DNA of 64,000 nucleotides from Marsupella aquatica (lineage: Eukaryota > Plantae > Marchantiophyta), in the NCBI GenBank assembly GCA_973895155.1, contig OZ316895.1, positions 24,433,538-24,497,537 on the forward strand. The letters run 5' to 3'. This document shows, in pieces, positions 11,265 to 24,086 of the stretch. The position numbers and the translations under genes are program-made. The notes beneath the pieces were generated by a model that saw only the letters and a list, made by a program, of their open reading frames with translations, did not search any database and was not told the origin of the DNA. Position 1 is the first letter of the stretch, and each line of letters starts with the position of its first letter.

Positions 11265-13788
11265 GGTGTACTAAGTTCCCCAGTTAATTTTCTAATCCAC
11301 ATTTGGTGTACTAAGTTCCCCTTGTGATTTCATTTACAAAATTTATGGTTTTAATTGAATTAAGTGTAATTATCTAGAAGCAAGTGAAAATTTGTACTAT
11401 ATATGCACAACTCTTTAGTACCTTTGTACTTTCTTGATCACAATGTATTTTATTTTGCATGTGTACTTATGTTTTGTGTGTTATTTCACTTTTATTGGTA
11501 TATACTTTACATATATCTAAAGTACTTCTTTTATCATAAAATAAATTAATTACATAATTATCACTACAAGACAAAAAAAGAGGCATGTACCAAAAAAAGA
11601 GGCATGTACCTGGATGAACATGCTATAAATCTGGAGTCTCTAGCTATCTTGCCCAGAAACTTGTGATCATTACCTTTTTAGGTACCACATTTATGTTTTA
11701 CAATGGTGGTCTGGGCTGGGTAGTTCTGCTCCCAGAACGTTCAAAGGAGCTTTCCCCTGGTCAGCTTTTCTTCAATTAATGGTCACACGGTAGAGCCTAG
11801 TTACCCTACACCCAGATTGTCATATCCTATAGAAAAATACATTTGAGGGCCAAGAATACCACCAAAATCAGGCTAAGGTTGAGAGTGGATAGGAGTAAAT
11901 CACCTATACAAAGACACGAACGGAGAAGGGTGACTAGTCCCATCACAACCACCATCACAACCACCATGACTACTGACGTAATTCCCTACCTAGTTGCGAT
12001 GGACCCCACACACATTTCAGTCTACCCGTGTAAGCTTCACTAACTACTACCATGGAATGTACACTATTTGCCACCTACACTACACACCTGTCCTGTATGC
12101 TAATGTAAGGGATGCCTACTGTAGTTTTTGGTTGAATGAAATCTTTGCGATGGAGAGAAGTCTAATTACTCTCCTCGCTTTTGCTCGCATCATACAATAC
12201 CTCTGTCTGCACTATTGACGGTCCCGTTCTGTTTTCCATTCACGAAACTGCTTATACCCATAGTCCAGCAAAAGAATATCTCTACTCACCTTTCAATATT
12301 CGATCGGTCGCCGTGAGTTCTTGAGAGAATGGATTCGAATAGGAATGATGATAAAGCGGGAGATGAGTCCCTCCTTTGAAAAATTAAAATGAATCCGTTC
12401 TTTCGACCCAAGAATGGAAGATGAATCCGGCCCCTGTCGGAGGTCGAAGGATGTACCCGTACACCCTCTCTATCGAAAACCAGAGATAATAACGTTCTCC
12501 ATCGAAGAATCAAATGAAGGTGAATCCGTTGTCCGTACAAGTTCAAAGTATGAATCCGCCATCTCTTTTGGAAATCAAAGACGAATCTAAAAATGGACTA
12601 TGTCTCCGGTTTCTCTTATCGAAGAATTACTGATGTATCTGTCGACTCTATCGAATACCAAAACGGTACCCGTGCTCTCTATTGAAGAATTGAAGATGTA
12701 GTACTGTCCGTTATCTCTATAGCACAAGTGATCTGGTATCAGATTATAAAAGGACAGCTCGAAAGAAAGGTGTAGTAAATCCCGGGTAAGCAATTGCGGT
12801 AGCTATCTGGTGGTGAACTCTTGGCAATGAGCAGACATCTCAGAATCATGGTAAGGAGGGTTCCCGAATTTTGGTTTTCTCCACGGACGCACGGTGTTAT
12901 CCTTGTCCTTGTCCTTCATGAGCATCAGATCCACCGATATAGGTGGCAAAACTTGGAATGCCTGTCTACAAGCATACGGTGGAACAGGTGGCGTGGAGCT
13001 CCATAATGTTTGACAAACGCATCCCAAAGTAGAAATCAAATGACCGCGATGGCACTGTTCCGAATGAGGCTTCATGAAGTCTACCGTAGATCGACGGCTG
13101 CAACAGCTATCGCCAGGAGATGTTTGATTGAGAGTGTACTAACGACGATGAGCTTCATACCACTCTAGGTATATTGCAGGCCTTTCTTCGCCCTGGTTTC
13201 ATCGTCAGCACGGATACCGTATCAACTTTATCATAACGAGGAGAGCGCGACAGCGCATAAGCCACCGGGGCCAAGAACAATGCTTGAATGTATCAATATT
13301 CAATCGACAGAGTCATGCCGGGAACTTTATACATCTAGAGTGATTGAAAGCAGACCTCCACTATCTTGTAAGAGATCTTTCATGTTCGAAAGCTCACCGA
13401 GAAGCTCGCTTAATAGATTCTGATTAGTAAGGCTTCAGCTGTCAAGAGCTAGCAAGATAAGTGAGACCCTACCAGTGTTTATTTCTTATGTTGTTGCTCT
13501 TGGCTTCATCAAGCAATCCAGACATAGCCTCAATTCTCAGGTAGACACCTACAGTTGATACAATCAATTTCGATCGCATGTGTAGATTTTGCATTTAGAA
13601 CTTACCTTAGTTCTTCAGTTGGCTGCTGCTTTTGGCTATAGCGATCTCGATCCTCGAAGTAGTCTGATGGAATTGGATGAGGTCAAGATCGTGCAGATTC
13701 AGGGAATTCTGCATCGATTTCATCGATCTCAATTGCTGGACACACATGCTGCTCTTTCAAAACAGATCTACACAAGATCAACACTTAC

Positions 13789-13890
13789 AGATCGTCTGTT
13801 CCTAAGCGTGACTCGAGTGAATAGGAGGTCAAAAGATATTAATTCTTTCCGGGCCGTATCACTCGAGTCATGATCAGGAGTAGAGGATCT
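13789..13890 (+). ncRNA. Candidate pre-miRNA-like hairpin
   Basis: 13789-13820 pairs with 13859-13890 without gaps: 26 Watson-Crick pairs, 3 G:U and 3 mismatches on the plus strand, with further pairing possible on both sides. Confidence 0.45.
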
Positions 13891-16800
13891 ACGAGGCTGT
13901 TTCGCTTGAGCAATAATTCACATCTCATCGCTAACACTCCGCCTTGAATGAAGGGTGACGAGCAGAGCAGCTGCAATACATTCAAAAATATCATCGGCTC
14001 TCTGTTCTGTTTGATGTCCATAGAAAACGTATGAAAATTTGCGGAGATATCTCAGTGAAAAACTCCTTGAAGTACAGAAACACACAATGCGAAATTTAAC
14101 ACTCGAGAAAAGTCAACCAAAATCCTTTAATACACTCCTCTTCATCGAAATTCAAGAGACTAGCGAGACACATACGAAATGGTAGACAGCCTTTGTTGCT
14201 CAACTAAAAGTCCAAGTCAGACGATCGGGGCTCCAAAAGTTTTAACGAACATTCTAATGAATTGCGCGAGGAAGTGAACCGACTCGCAGATACTCGAAGA
14301 TTAACTTGTTGCTTAAGCGAAGCGGATATACTGTTCACCTGAATCGATCTGATCGAACTCCACAAAGATCAGTCAGTTGCTGAGGAGGTCAATGACGATT
14401 ACTGATATGTTCACCTTTCACCTGAACTTGGCCGTCGGACTCACGCAGCAAAATGGATGTTCAAGATGTACATAGAAAGACTCAGGCGGATGCTGATTAT
14501 AGACGTGCCACGGGCAAAATGTTTACATCGATTGCACAGGCCAGGGCCTAAAAGTTTCTACGTCTCTGCAGAGACAAAGAACAAAAGAATTAAGAATGGA
14601 CGCCAAATTCCGAAGAAGGTAAGCAGCAAGAAATCAAGATTCACTATGAATACTATCTCATTCTTGATCTTGCCGAGAAGTCTCACACACGCACACTCGC
14701 ACATGGGAGAACTCTGATCTTCAGATCGAGGAAGAGCTTGAAAGATGATCGTGCATGTGTGGCCGGTTCAGATTGCAGCAGTAAGCCTGAGTGATACAAG
14801 ACCTGATCGAATGTTTCTTTAATTCACGACATCGATCTACAGCCAGGGAGACCGTTTTCGAAGGCGTCACTATTATCACAGATCCCCCTCGGGCCCACTG
14901 GCCTGCATAATGGAATCCTTCCTCGTGGGGAAAGCACGGCCTGCAGCGCGCTGGGATACCTGCCTTGCCATCTCAGGCCCAAGAGAATAAGCTTTTGATC
15001 CTCGAGGATTTAGATCTGGAAAGCAAGCAGTGCTAATCAGTTGGGGAGACCTTATCTCTGGACATACCTTGTTGGACGCATGTGTCACAGTTATCGAATC
15101 AATCCCATAATTGGATGCTGACCGCGCCTGACCCGAGGACTCCATCGAAAAAGTCATGCAATCGGGCTCAAAATGTTGTCCACACGGCATCTGCTTTTCG
15201 GAAAGGTGGAAATTGATCGTCACCGATCTACTGTGAATCCAACTTTATCAAAGTATGCTTGATTGCTAGAGAGGACTAACGAGCGTTCCTTGGCAGCATC
15301 TGTAAAGTCTTTTGAGTGCGCAGGCAGAAAGAATCACACCCGAACAGTACACACAGCCTGTTCACCCGGTTACAGATTTGTTATGCATTCACTTACCTGG
15401 TCTCGACGTCAGCCGACCCTTTCTACCTGAAGGAAGAAATTCATTTGATCACCCGCTTGAATTACAAAAGCACCGTCTCCTCCTTCCCTCTCGCTCCTCT
15501 CTCCATCTCTCCCAACAGCGTGCAAACGACAATTGGTATGGACGGCAGCGTCATACGCATTCTTGGCCGTCAATTCTCAAGCTGTTAGAGATCGACCGCC
15601 ACGACCGACTCCTCACCTGCGCTGCAGCTTCCACGTCCATCCTCTCGACGAGAAGAAATCTTCGTTCCACACGTAACCTTCAGGCAGATCGATCGGCTCC
15701 GCAAAGCGCAGCGTGCAAAGCAAAAAGGGCAGCGCCTTCCTGCTCGCTCTGTGTAAATCTGGAGATCTGGAAATCTGGAATTCGCTCATCCACGCTCTGC
15801 ACAGATGATCGTTCTCTCTATAGTCTATACGACATCGTCGTACACAGGTAGAGCATGAAGCGAGCTTTTGGCGGGGGTCGTGAACGAATGCGACCGTCAG
15901 GACACATCAGGAACGGCCGTTTGTTGTAAATGGGATGGACCGATGGAGCTCGTCGTCCACACCTGGCTGGCAGCGACTGAGCTTCGCAAGAATCTCAGGA
16001 ACAAATTAAGTTAGTTTCGAAGCACGATGAGCCGTGACAGAAGCTGCAGGATAGCATGTTGTAGCAACATGATTTTACAGGACCACGTCCTCTCCCTTGT
16101 TCCCAACCAACAATTTAATACACTAATATATATGCTACAACATATGTTAGTGTATATGAACATATACACTAATGTTGTATGGGCGGGGGGTGGATTTCAC
16201 TTCTACAAATGTTTAGATCATGTGCAAACTAAGTAAGGGGCCGTTTATTTATTTTAGGGAATTACTTAAAAGTAGACAGGAAGTAAATAAGGGGGTAACA
16301 ATTAAAAAAGTTCCACTTTTCATCACATGATTCATTGCTTGCCACATGTCAATAAATGATTGGTGGGTTTTTTTAGCTTCCTGTTTGTTTTAGAGAGTGA
16401 TTAAATAGGGGTGTTCGCACAAGATTTATGACAATTTCATAAAGTGAACCCTTGAGATACCACTGCAGGGCATCTCAGAGTAATATATGCTACTGTAGGG
16501 CATCTCAAACCTTATGTTCTGCAGAGGTCAGGGCAACTGGAATGCTGCGGGCCAAGTTGCGGGTCAAATATTTGTGGTTTCAAAAAATTTACAACAATGG
16601 TCACTAACTCGGGCAAGCAGTGCACCAGTGTCTGCTCTGAAAATTGATCCTTGCAGATGCGGTGGCACCCTTCATGAATTGTTGATGCAGTTTAGAACAA
16701 TTACTCAACTTGAAAATTCTATAATTTTGAGTTAACCTTGGGCACGTGTTGTGATGCGTCTCAAACGGAGAACCCCCTGGGTTAGGTTTGTCCAAAATTT

Positions 16801-19241
16801 GGGTTTTGGTCAGGGTCCTCGACAGAAATTTCCAGCTACAGCTGACCAAAATGAGGGGAGCAGTAAGTTTGAGACACCCTACTCATTGTTTCTATATTTG
16901 TTTCTATCTCAATGGTCAAATGTAAAAGTTACTTTGACTTAGGTTTGGAACTAGAGACTTGTTACTTTTGAAGGATTGCTACTGAAAACTCTGGTAAAAA
17001 TGAAATTTATGCTTAAATGAACCATATAATTTAAACATATTTTTCATTTTTAGCAGAGAACTTACAAAGCATGTTTTATAACAAACGACTTAGGTGTCCA
17101 TAGTTTTAAAGACAAACTTTGACATGAGGATAGTAAGTTTAGAACAATCCATTGTATTAGTCTGGACTAGCCCAATGCCTGCGCCTTGCTCTGGTGTTGC
17201 AAAGGCTGCAAAGGCTGCGGAAGACACTTGTTGGCACAAAATTTATGTCTTAGTGAAATTGTTCCCCTTTCCTGAAATCAGTGTTGGCTTTTGAATGGTG
17301 CAGATGGATTGAAGGTGAAAGCAAGTGTAGATGAATGACAAATGACTGCAAGTAGAAAACAGGGGATGGGTAGAGTTTGGGGGAGAGTTGAGGCAAGAGT
17401 TATCATGGCAAGAGTTGGAGCCAGAGCCAGGCAGGGAGCCACAAATAGTCTGCCTTAGACATGAGGGCAAGTCATGCAAAGGTGATTGTTGGATGGGCAA
17501 ACCAAAATCTAACAAGTCACACATCAAAATTCCTCCATCCCCTACAGGTGCACCAGTTGTCCCATGGTACTTTATGTATACCATGGGACAACTGGTGCAC
17601 CTATTGACTGATTATTAAATACTATTCCTTTGCCCATGTTGCATAGGAAATATCAAGGCAAGATACAAATGTTGAGGTGAGACAAAGATGTCAAGGTGAG
17701 GCACAGAAATGTAGGCAAGGTAAAGAAATGGAGGTGAGGAAAGGGAATTAGGCAAGGCAAAGAAATCATGTGTCCCAGGCATGCTATGGAGGGCCAAAGT
17801 TTTTCCTCTTTTTCCTTTTTCTTTTATTCCTGTTTCGTTTTACTGTTATTCCTGTTTCCTTTTTCCTTTCCCCACACCCTCCCTTTCTCTCTAAGTCCCT
17901 CTCACCCTACTGCCTCCCACTCCCCACCCTTTTCTCCCCTCCAACATGATTTGATACAGAGAAAAAATGGAAGAAAAAATAAAATTATCCCAATGGCAAA
18001 GGGTTCCACTTCAAAAAGCAAATTACAGCAAAAAGTTAAAACATCTCTCATATAGGGGCCGCTACCTACCAAAAGTATTTCATGTAAAGCACTATATACT
18101 GACATTAGGTATCCTTGGTACCTTGGGTGCTGTGAGTACCTTTTACCTACTTATTGTAAAAGCAAGTATATCAAGTGGGCACATTTTGATTCAATGTGAA
18201 AAGCCCTGTAATACATCTGACTCTAGTGTGGTGTTAAACTTGGAAGGCTCGATTTCATTTACATGCACTGTACACCAACCAACATAGTCCACGGTTCAAT
18301 GGGAGAGGGGCGGTTCGTTACGTTCCATCAGGTGGTCCAAATCAAAAGATTAGGAAACAATATCAACTACAGTAGAAGTAGTCTTCCTCCAACAAATGGA
18401 GAGAAGAGCCTTTGATCTCATTGACGACCTTCGACCTAATTATTTTCAATAGGTTAGAAGGGATTATTTGAATGGATCACTCAGATTATGACCCATCTTG
18501 TCCTCCCAGATCACAGATGACTCCTCAAGTCTCTGGTCAAACCTATCCCAAAATTGTACGAAACTTTGCCTAACATACAGGAAGACTGCAATCTCACAGA
18601 GTTGCATGACTTTAGAATCACGTAAAGCCACTTGCTTTAGGGACAATAGCAATCGTCAAGGTAAAAGTAAATCTTGCTGGCCATAATTATCGGACACGAT
18701 GTGCCAATTGAAGGGACTTTTGTCGACATTGATTTCCTTGGAGTCACGCTCCTATCAGGACCCAAGCCAATGCATCACTGACTCATCCAAGAGGAACCAA
18801 CTGTACAGTCTAAACTTGTACTCTAGGGTACAAACGCACCCCCTGCTAGCAGTCCACCTTTCAAGCAACAGCAAAAATAAATCTGAGACTCTGTTCGGTA
18901 CAATCCTCTGCCATCAGACTTTAAAATGTCAATTTTGTGTCACAAGTGAAGGATAATACAGCCAGGATTCCACCATTTGTCCCTTTGAGCCACACAAGTT
19001 GTAGATTCTTGGCTACGCCTGCATTACCAGTCAGCGCTGCAGGCCAGAGTGCAGGCAGTGTTCATGCAGAGTACAAAATGACGAAGGTAATACAGCAACT
19101 CAGTATGTTGATGAGCTGGCGTCTCTGTAATTATTTACCTAGCAAACTTAAATTGGGGAGAATTTTAGATGTGTTTCCTAAGCTTACCTGATTACTACCG
19201 GAAGAATATTCTGCAGCAACAAACTTCTCTGCCTTTGGTGC

Positions 19242-22200
19242 CTAATCATCTAAGGAAATTCCCTGTAAGACACAAGCAGTAATGATTACTTTTTTCAGAC
19301 CATAACTGGCTCGAAGACAAGCCTCCTTATGCGATGACACATATACCAGGACATGCTTTCAAGACGTTGGGCATTCTAGACATGGACAAGTCTGAAGTTC
19401 CTGCAATCAACTCGATCAGATATACCTACAATATCGAAGCATGTCCTAAAGTGTTTATACTACTGGTTGCTTTCAAACTGTACCCAATTACCGAGAGTTG
19501 AAAACAGCATCTGGGGCAGACTAGGCACCCAATGTACTTATCAGATGAGAACACCACACTTTTCCTAAATACATCCAGAAAAACCTTAAGACTCCTGGCC
19601 AGCTTTTACTGACTTTCTATTTCCTGGCAGCAGTATCACATCCAAAAAGGTGATCCAAATCAAATTACAGGCAAATGCAACAATCTTCTGAAGGATACCT
19701 CGGGAGGATCAAACTTGGACCCAAGCTCACTCAGCTTCTTATGAGCCACGGCATAATCCGCGAAAAAGGCATCTTGATCCTCAGCGTATTTATCGGTATA
19801 TACCTGCAACAAGGAGCGTTCCAGGTTAGCTACTGCCTTCCCAGCGCGAAAAATCCTTTGTTGACGAGAGAAAGCTTCATCACAGTACAGACCACCAAGA
19901 AGCGTAAAAATAACTTGAAATCAAATAGATGCTCGGGAAAAATCTCCAAATTCCTTTTTTGCATTCGATCTGCTTTCTAAGCCTGATCTATGACAAGCAT
20001 GAATGTAGGTTGTACCTTGAACTCCGGATCCTCGGTGAGAATCTTATCCGTGGGAAGTACCAGCAAATCCTCATCGGCCTGTGCCTTGATATCCTGTACA
20101 AAGTCATGAAAACACGATCTCACTGCTGGCTACAAATCTTGGGCAAACGCATACGTCCAGGAGAAGCAATCAGAACGCTGTGAACGATAGTTACTTTCCT
20201 CCGACAAAGATACTGATTAGCTGCTACTAACCTTGAAGTACGAGTTATCAAACTTCAACCACTCAACTGTCCATGATTGACCACCAGGGTTCCCAATGTA
20301 TTTGTCTTTGGGATTCTGCACAGCATTACACGAAATGTATAGGATACTTATTAAATCCAGTTTGACACACATGAGAGAAGGCCCTCTGCCTACTCAAATT
20401 TCTATTGAGGCAAGACAGTGCTTCATACCATCGCTTTTGTTTGAGTGGATGAGAATTGAATTCTTAATCTACACAACTTCATATACAAAAACCTAGGATT
20501 CATTTTTGGTTAGGAACCTCTGCTTGCGACGAATGACCATCTCAGCACAAATGAAACTTTATTTCATACAACCTAAAACCTTTCATAGACTGGCCCCTCG
20601 AACCATAAACTCGTCTATTGAACAGGCAATGCGAATGTAAATTTGATATAATGTTTGGCAGAACGGCACACTGCTACACCAATGAGGACATACCGTGTAT
20701 TTTGTTTCCTCCTTCCCGAAGCCACTACGTTCAGGTCGTGAGCGACCGATGGTGTGAGCCCCAGACAAGACTACGATTTCCTGTAAAACGCAAAGCAGCA
20801 TTAAATACGTTGAAATGCAAGCCAACCAGCTTGATCGTCATACCTCCACTACTTCATTAGCTCTCGCCCTTTGTCGTTTCAGGAAACCGTATGTGGACAA
20901 AGCAGAACTGTTTTACCAGAAAGTGTCTCGAGGGAACCAGACCAGCGACAAGTTTCCCGACATATATATTTAAGCATCCCAATACATGGACATGATCGGA
21001 TAGGGGGCAAGTCATTTAAGTACAGACGATTTGCTTGTCCGATCTCCAAATCACTATAGCTGGAAACAATCTTATCGTGAGAATATAAAATAAAAAAAAT
21101 AAAAAATCTTATGGTTTAAGAATGATTACTCCAGAATGACCCCACAGTCGGGAGGCCATAATTGGGCTGGTAGTGCTTTACCTTATCAGTTAAACCCATA
21201 CGATAGAAGACTTGGCGAAGGTGGTCAGCTGGCTTTGGAGGGTCAGCAGCTGCGGATGTTCATACATAAAATTACTAAAGGAGCCATTTAAGGTCAAATA
21301 TACCTTCTGCTACCAAAGATTCAATTGCAGAAGACAAATGACTATTCCACTACTTCGAGAATGATCTGGTGCCTCGTTACTCGTTCTCATTGGTACAAAT
21401 TTGATCTCATCTCAATCAAATATCCACTGAACTGGGACTAAACCACTTCAGCCTAGGATCGATTATTGTGAGGTGGACTTTCAACGTTTCGTCAAATAGG
21501 CACCCAGTACAACAATCAAAATTCAGCATTGCTCTGGCATGCCTGTCGATCGATCAATTGATCGAGTTGATGGTCAAAGCCGCGAACCTGGTAGGTTTCC
21601 TTCAATCGAACATTCTTCTTCAACTTTTGTATCCACCCGGCCAAACTTCATTTGAATTTTGGGACCTCCAGCATCCTGAAAATAATGATTTTGACAAAGG
21701 AAGGACAAGCATGCATCAGCCGCGTTCAAAGACCTCAATCCACACAGATTCCAAGACACTTGAGCTACCTCCGGGGAGTTGGAAACATCTCCGGGAGGAC
21801 TTGTGGTAGAATACTTGACTGGTGAGTGCCTAGTTGAAGGGAAATTCGAGAACATGCAGAAGCACACCTCAATAGCAGTGGCACTGGCAAGCTGGAAAAA
21901 ATCAGCATATGATATGCCTGGAAATTTTTCTTTGATTGGCTCTAGAAGCTTCACACCACTGACAAGACCTGAGCAACAAAAAGTAAAATTTCTGTGAACA
22001 AATTTTTTCTGTGGATGTTGGCGTTTAACACTCGTCTAAATCACTGCACATTCTACCGAAAGCTGTAGAAGTTGAAGCCAGCCAAACACCGAGTCGTCAC
22101 CAAAACAATGAGATTGGATAGCGAATCCTTCTTAGCAACTCACTGTCTTTCACTCGTTTTCTTTCTCCCATTGCCGGACGTCCGGCATATTTCTGTCAAT

Positions 22201-23234
22201 TGTCCAGTTGAGCGCTCGTGATCTTTCATAAACAATCTCTAATCAAATGAACTAAGATGGTAGAAGATTGGAATTACCGGCATTCGCAGCATGACCCAAT
22301 TCCAGAACGAACCGGAGACTTCCATTCGCTCCACCATGGTTCGGCCACGCAGAAATGTTCTTGTCATAGGTTCCGGCATCATGCCATCCCAGACGAATCT
22401 ACATCACCCACAATAGTATTGAGACTCCTGATAGTTGTCACTGCCAATCGCAGACCACATTAGAGTCCACTGTCAATATAAAAAAATTGCAACCCTTCCA
22501 AAAGTTGGATGTAGAGGCTATGCCATCAGAGCACTCACAAGGATACCGTGAGCTTTCTTCTCCGCTAAAAGTTTCTTTATCTCCTCTTTGGCTTCCTTGA
22601 GCTGTTGTGGATCTGAAGCAGAGATGGTGGTACCCATAGCTCCTCCTTTGCCGGCTTCGGCTCTTTTCGCCTTCCTCTTGTGCAGTGAGGGGATCTGGCC
22701 ATGTGTAAATCCGCTGAGGTCAGCATGTCTCTTATATCTATTGGGCCTCCAGCTAATTAATTTAGAATCTCCAACTCGAAAGTGCCCGAGTAACCTTTAT
22801 AGGCAGAACCCCGATCCATAGACAGTCCGAACTGGACTTGAACATCTATATCTCCAGCAATATGCCATAAACTCAAGCGACTAATGATTTTGTTGTAATA
22901 TAGAAGTTCACATTGTGTACAGAGATCCTTTCAGTTGAAAGGCTTAGCTTTGACAGCACAGAACACCTCAAAAGAATAATCCAAAGAAGATGTCGTGATA
23001 ATCTATGCCATAGGGTACTCCCCAAAGAAAGCTCACCGAGACTTTGAAAGATGGCAAAAGCTGGGACCGAAGCTCCCTTGATTGTTTTCGCAACGATGCT
23101 TTGGCAGAAACGCGGAGAGCGGGAAGGCCCACATTTTCAGTGTAGCTCCGAGGTTGTGCTGCAGCAGCGTGTCCAAGAGCAGACGTGACAGTCGCCAACG
23201 AGCTCTGTAGCCCGAGCATGGATGTCGAGGCCAT
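19242..23234 (-). CDS. APX: Chloroplast-type (stromal-like) L-ascorbate peroxidase, about 368 aa
   Basis: Eleven exons: 23234-23037, 22694-22539, 22398-22278, 21968-21868, 21675-21588, 21249-21182, 20780-20694, 20315-20232, 20093-20016, 19803-19699, 19262-19242 (1107 nt, all introns GT-AG, frame intact). Transit peptide [16 protein letters not shown]; distal [10 protein letters not shown]; proximal [16 protein letters not shown]; chloroplast-type GKxETKYT...PGGQSWT insertion; LKFDNSYF; LLVLPTD; [13 protein letters not shown]. Confidence 0.95.
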
Positions 23235-24086
23235 GGCGGGTCCTCAATGTAAACTTAGGCGGAAACCTACAATTTCACTGCCAAAACAGAAACTGCTGTC
23301 TCAATCGTCTCTCTTCATCTTAAAACTTGCCTTCGATGCATATATGCATCTAAGATAATCTTATCAACAACTATTGTAAAGAGCTAAGGCGTGGGGTGTC
23401 ACCCAACCGTCCCATTTTACAACTCAACACAAACTGTATTCAATTCTGTATGTGTCTCTTAGTTAAATTTTAGATTTTGGTGTCAGTGAACATCACACAA
23501 CATTTTAACACAACCGGCCTTCCGACTTCGAACGAAATCTATGTCTGATCATCTAAGCTGGACCGACTCAAGAGCACCGAGGACCCAGCATTTTTCCGCC
23601 CTGTCCTTCATTCTAAGCCTTTATTCGTTCATTCTCTGCCCTGATATCAATGTCCTCATGACGATGTACTTCTCTACCTTTCCCTGTGAAGCTCACATAA
23701 GCGTACACCACCAGTTGCAGAGAGGAGGCTGCAAACGCCGTCCGTCCATTCTCTGAACGTCGATCTCCTAAATGCGGATGAAATTTGTCTCCAATCTCTA
23801 CCTACTCCTGCGAATTTCAGGTAGGTACACTAACCAGCTGCAGACAACAGACAGTGGACACAATTTCGTCCATTTTCTGCCCTGGCATCGACCTCCCCAA
23901 GAGAGTGCAAATTTTTTGGAAATTTTTAAATATCATTTGCAGCAGCTATGGAGTGATTCAATGCAGTAGCAGTGACAGAACATACTGCAGACTCTCAACC
24001 CGTCCATCCAGTCTCAATCCTGACATTCATCAAGAATTGCAAATTTGAGTTTTCTGCGTACAGCAGCAGGTCATCGATCATAGCTG

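Noticed and set aside
15312-15851. 179-aa plus-strand ORF
   Set aside because: Non-ATG start, no recognisable domain, and the splice signals in this stretch point to the opposite strand.
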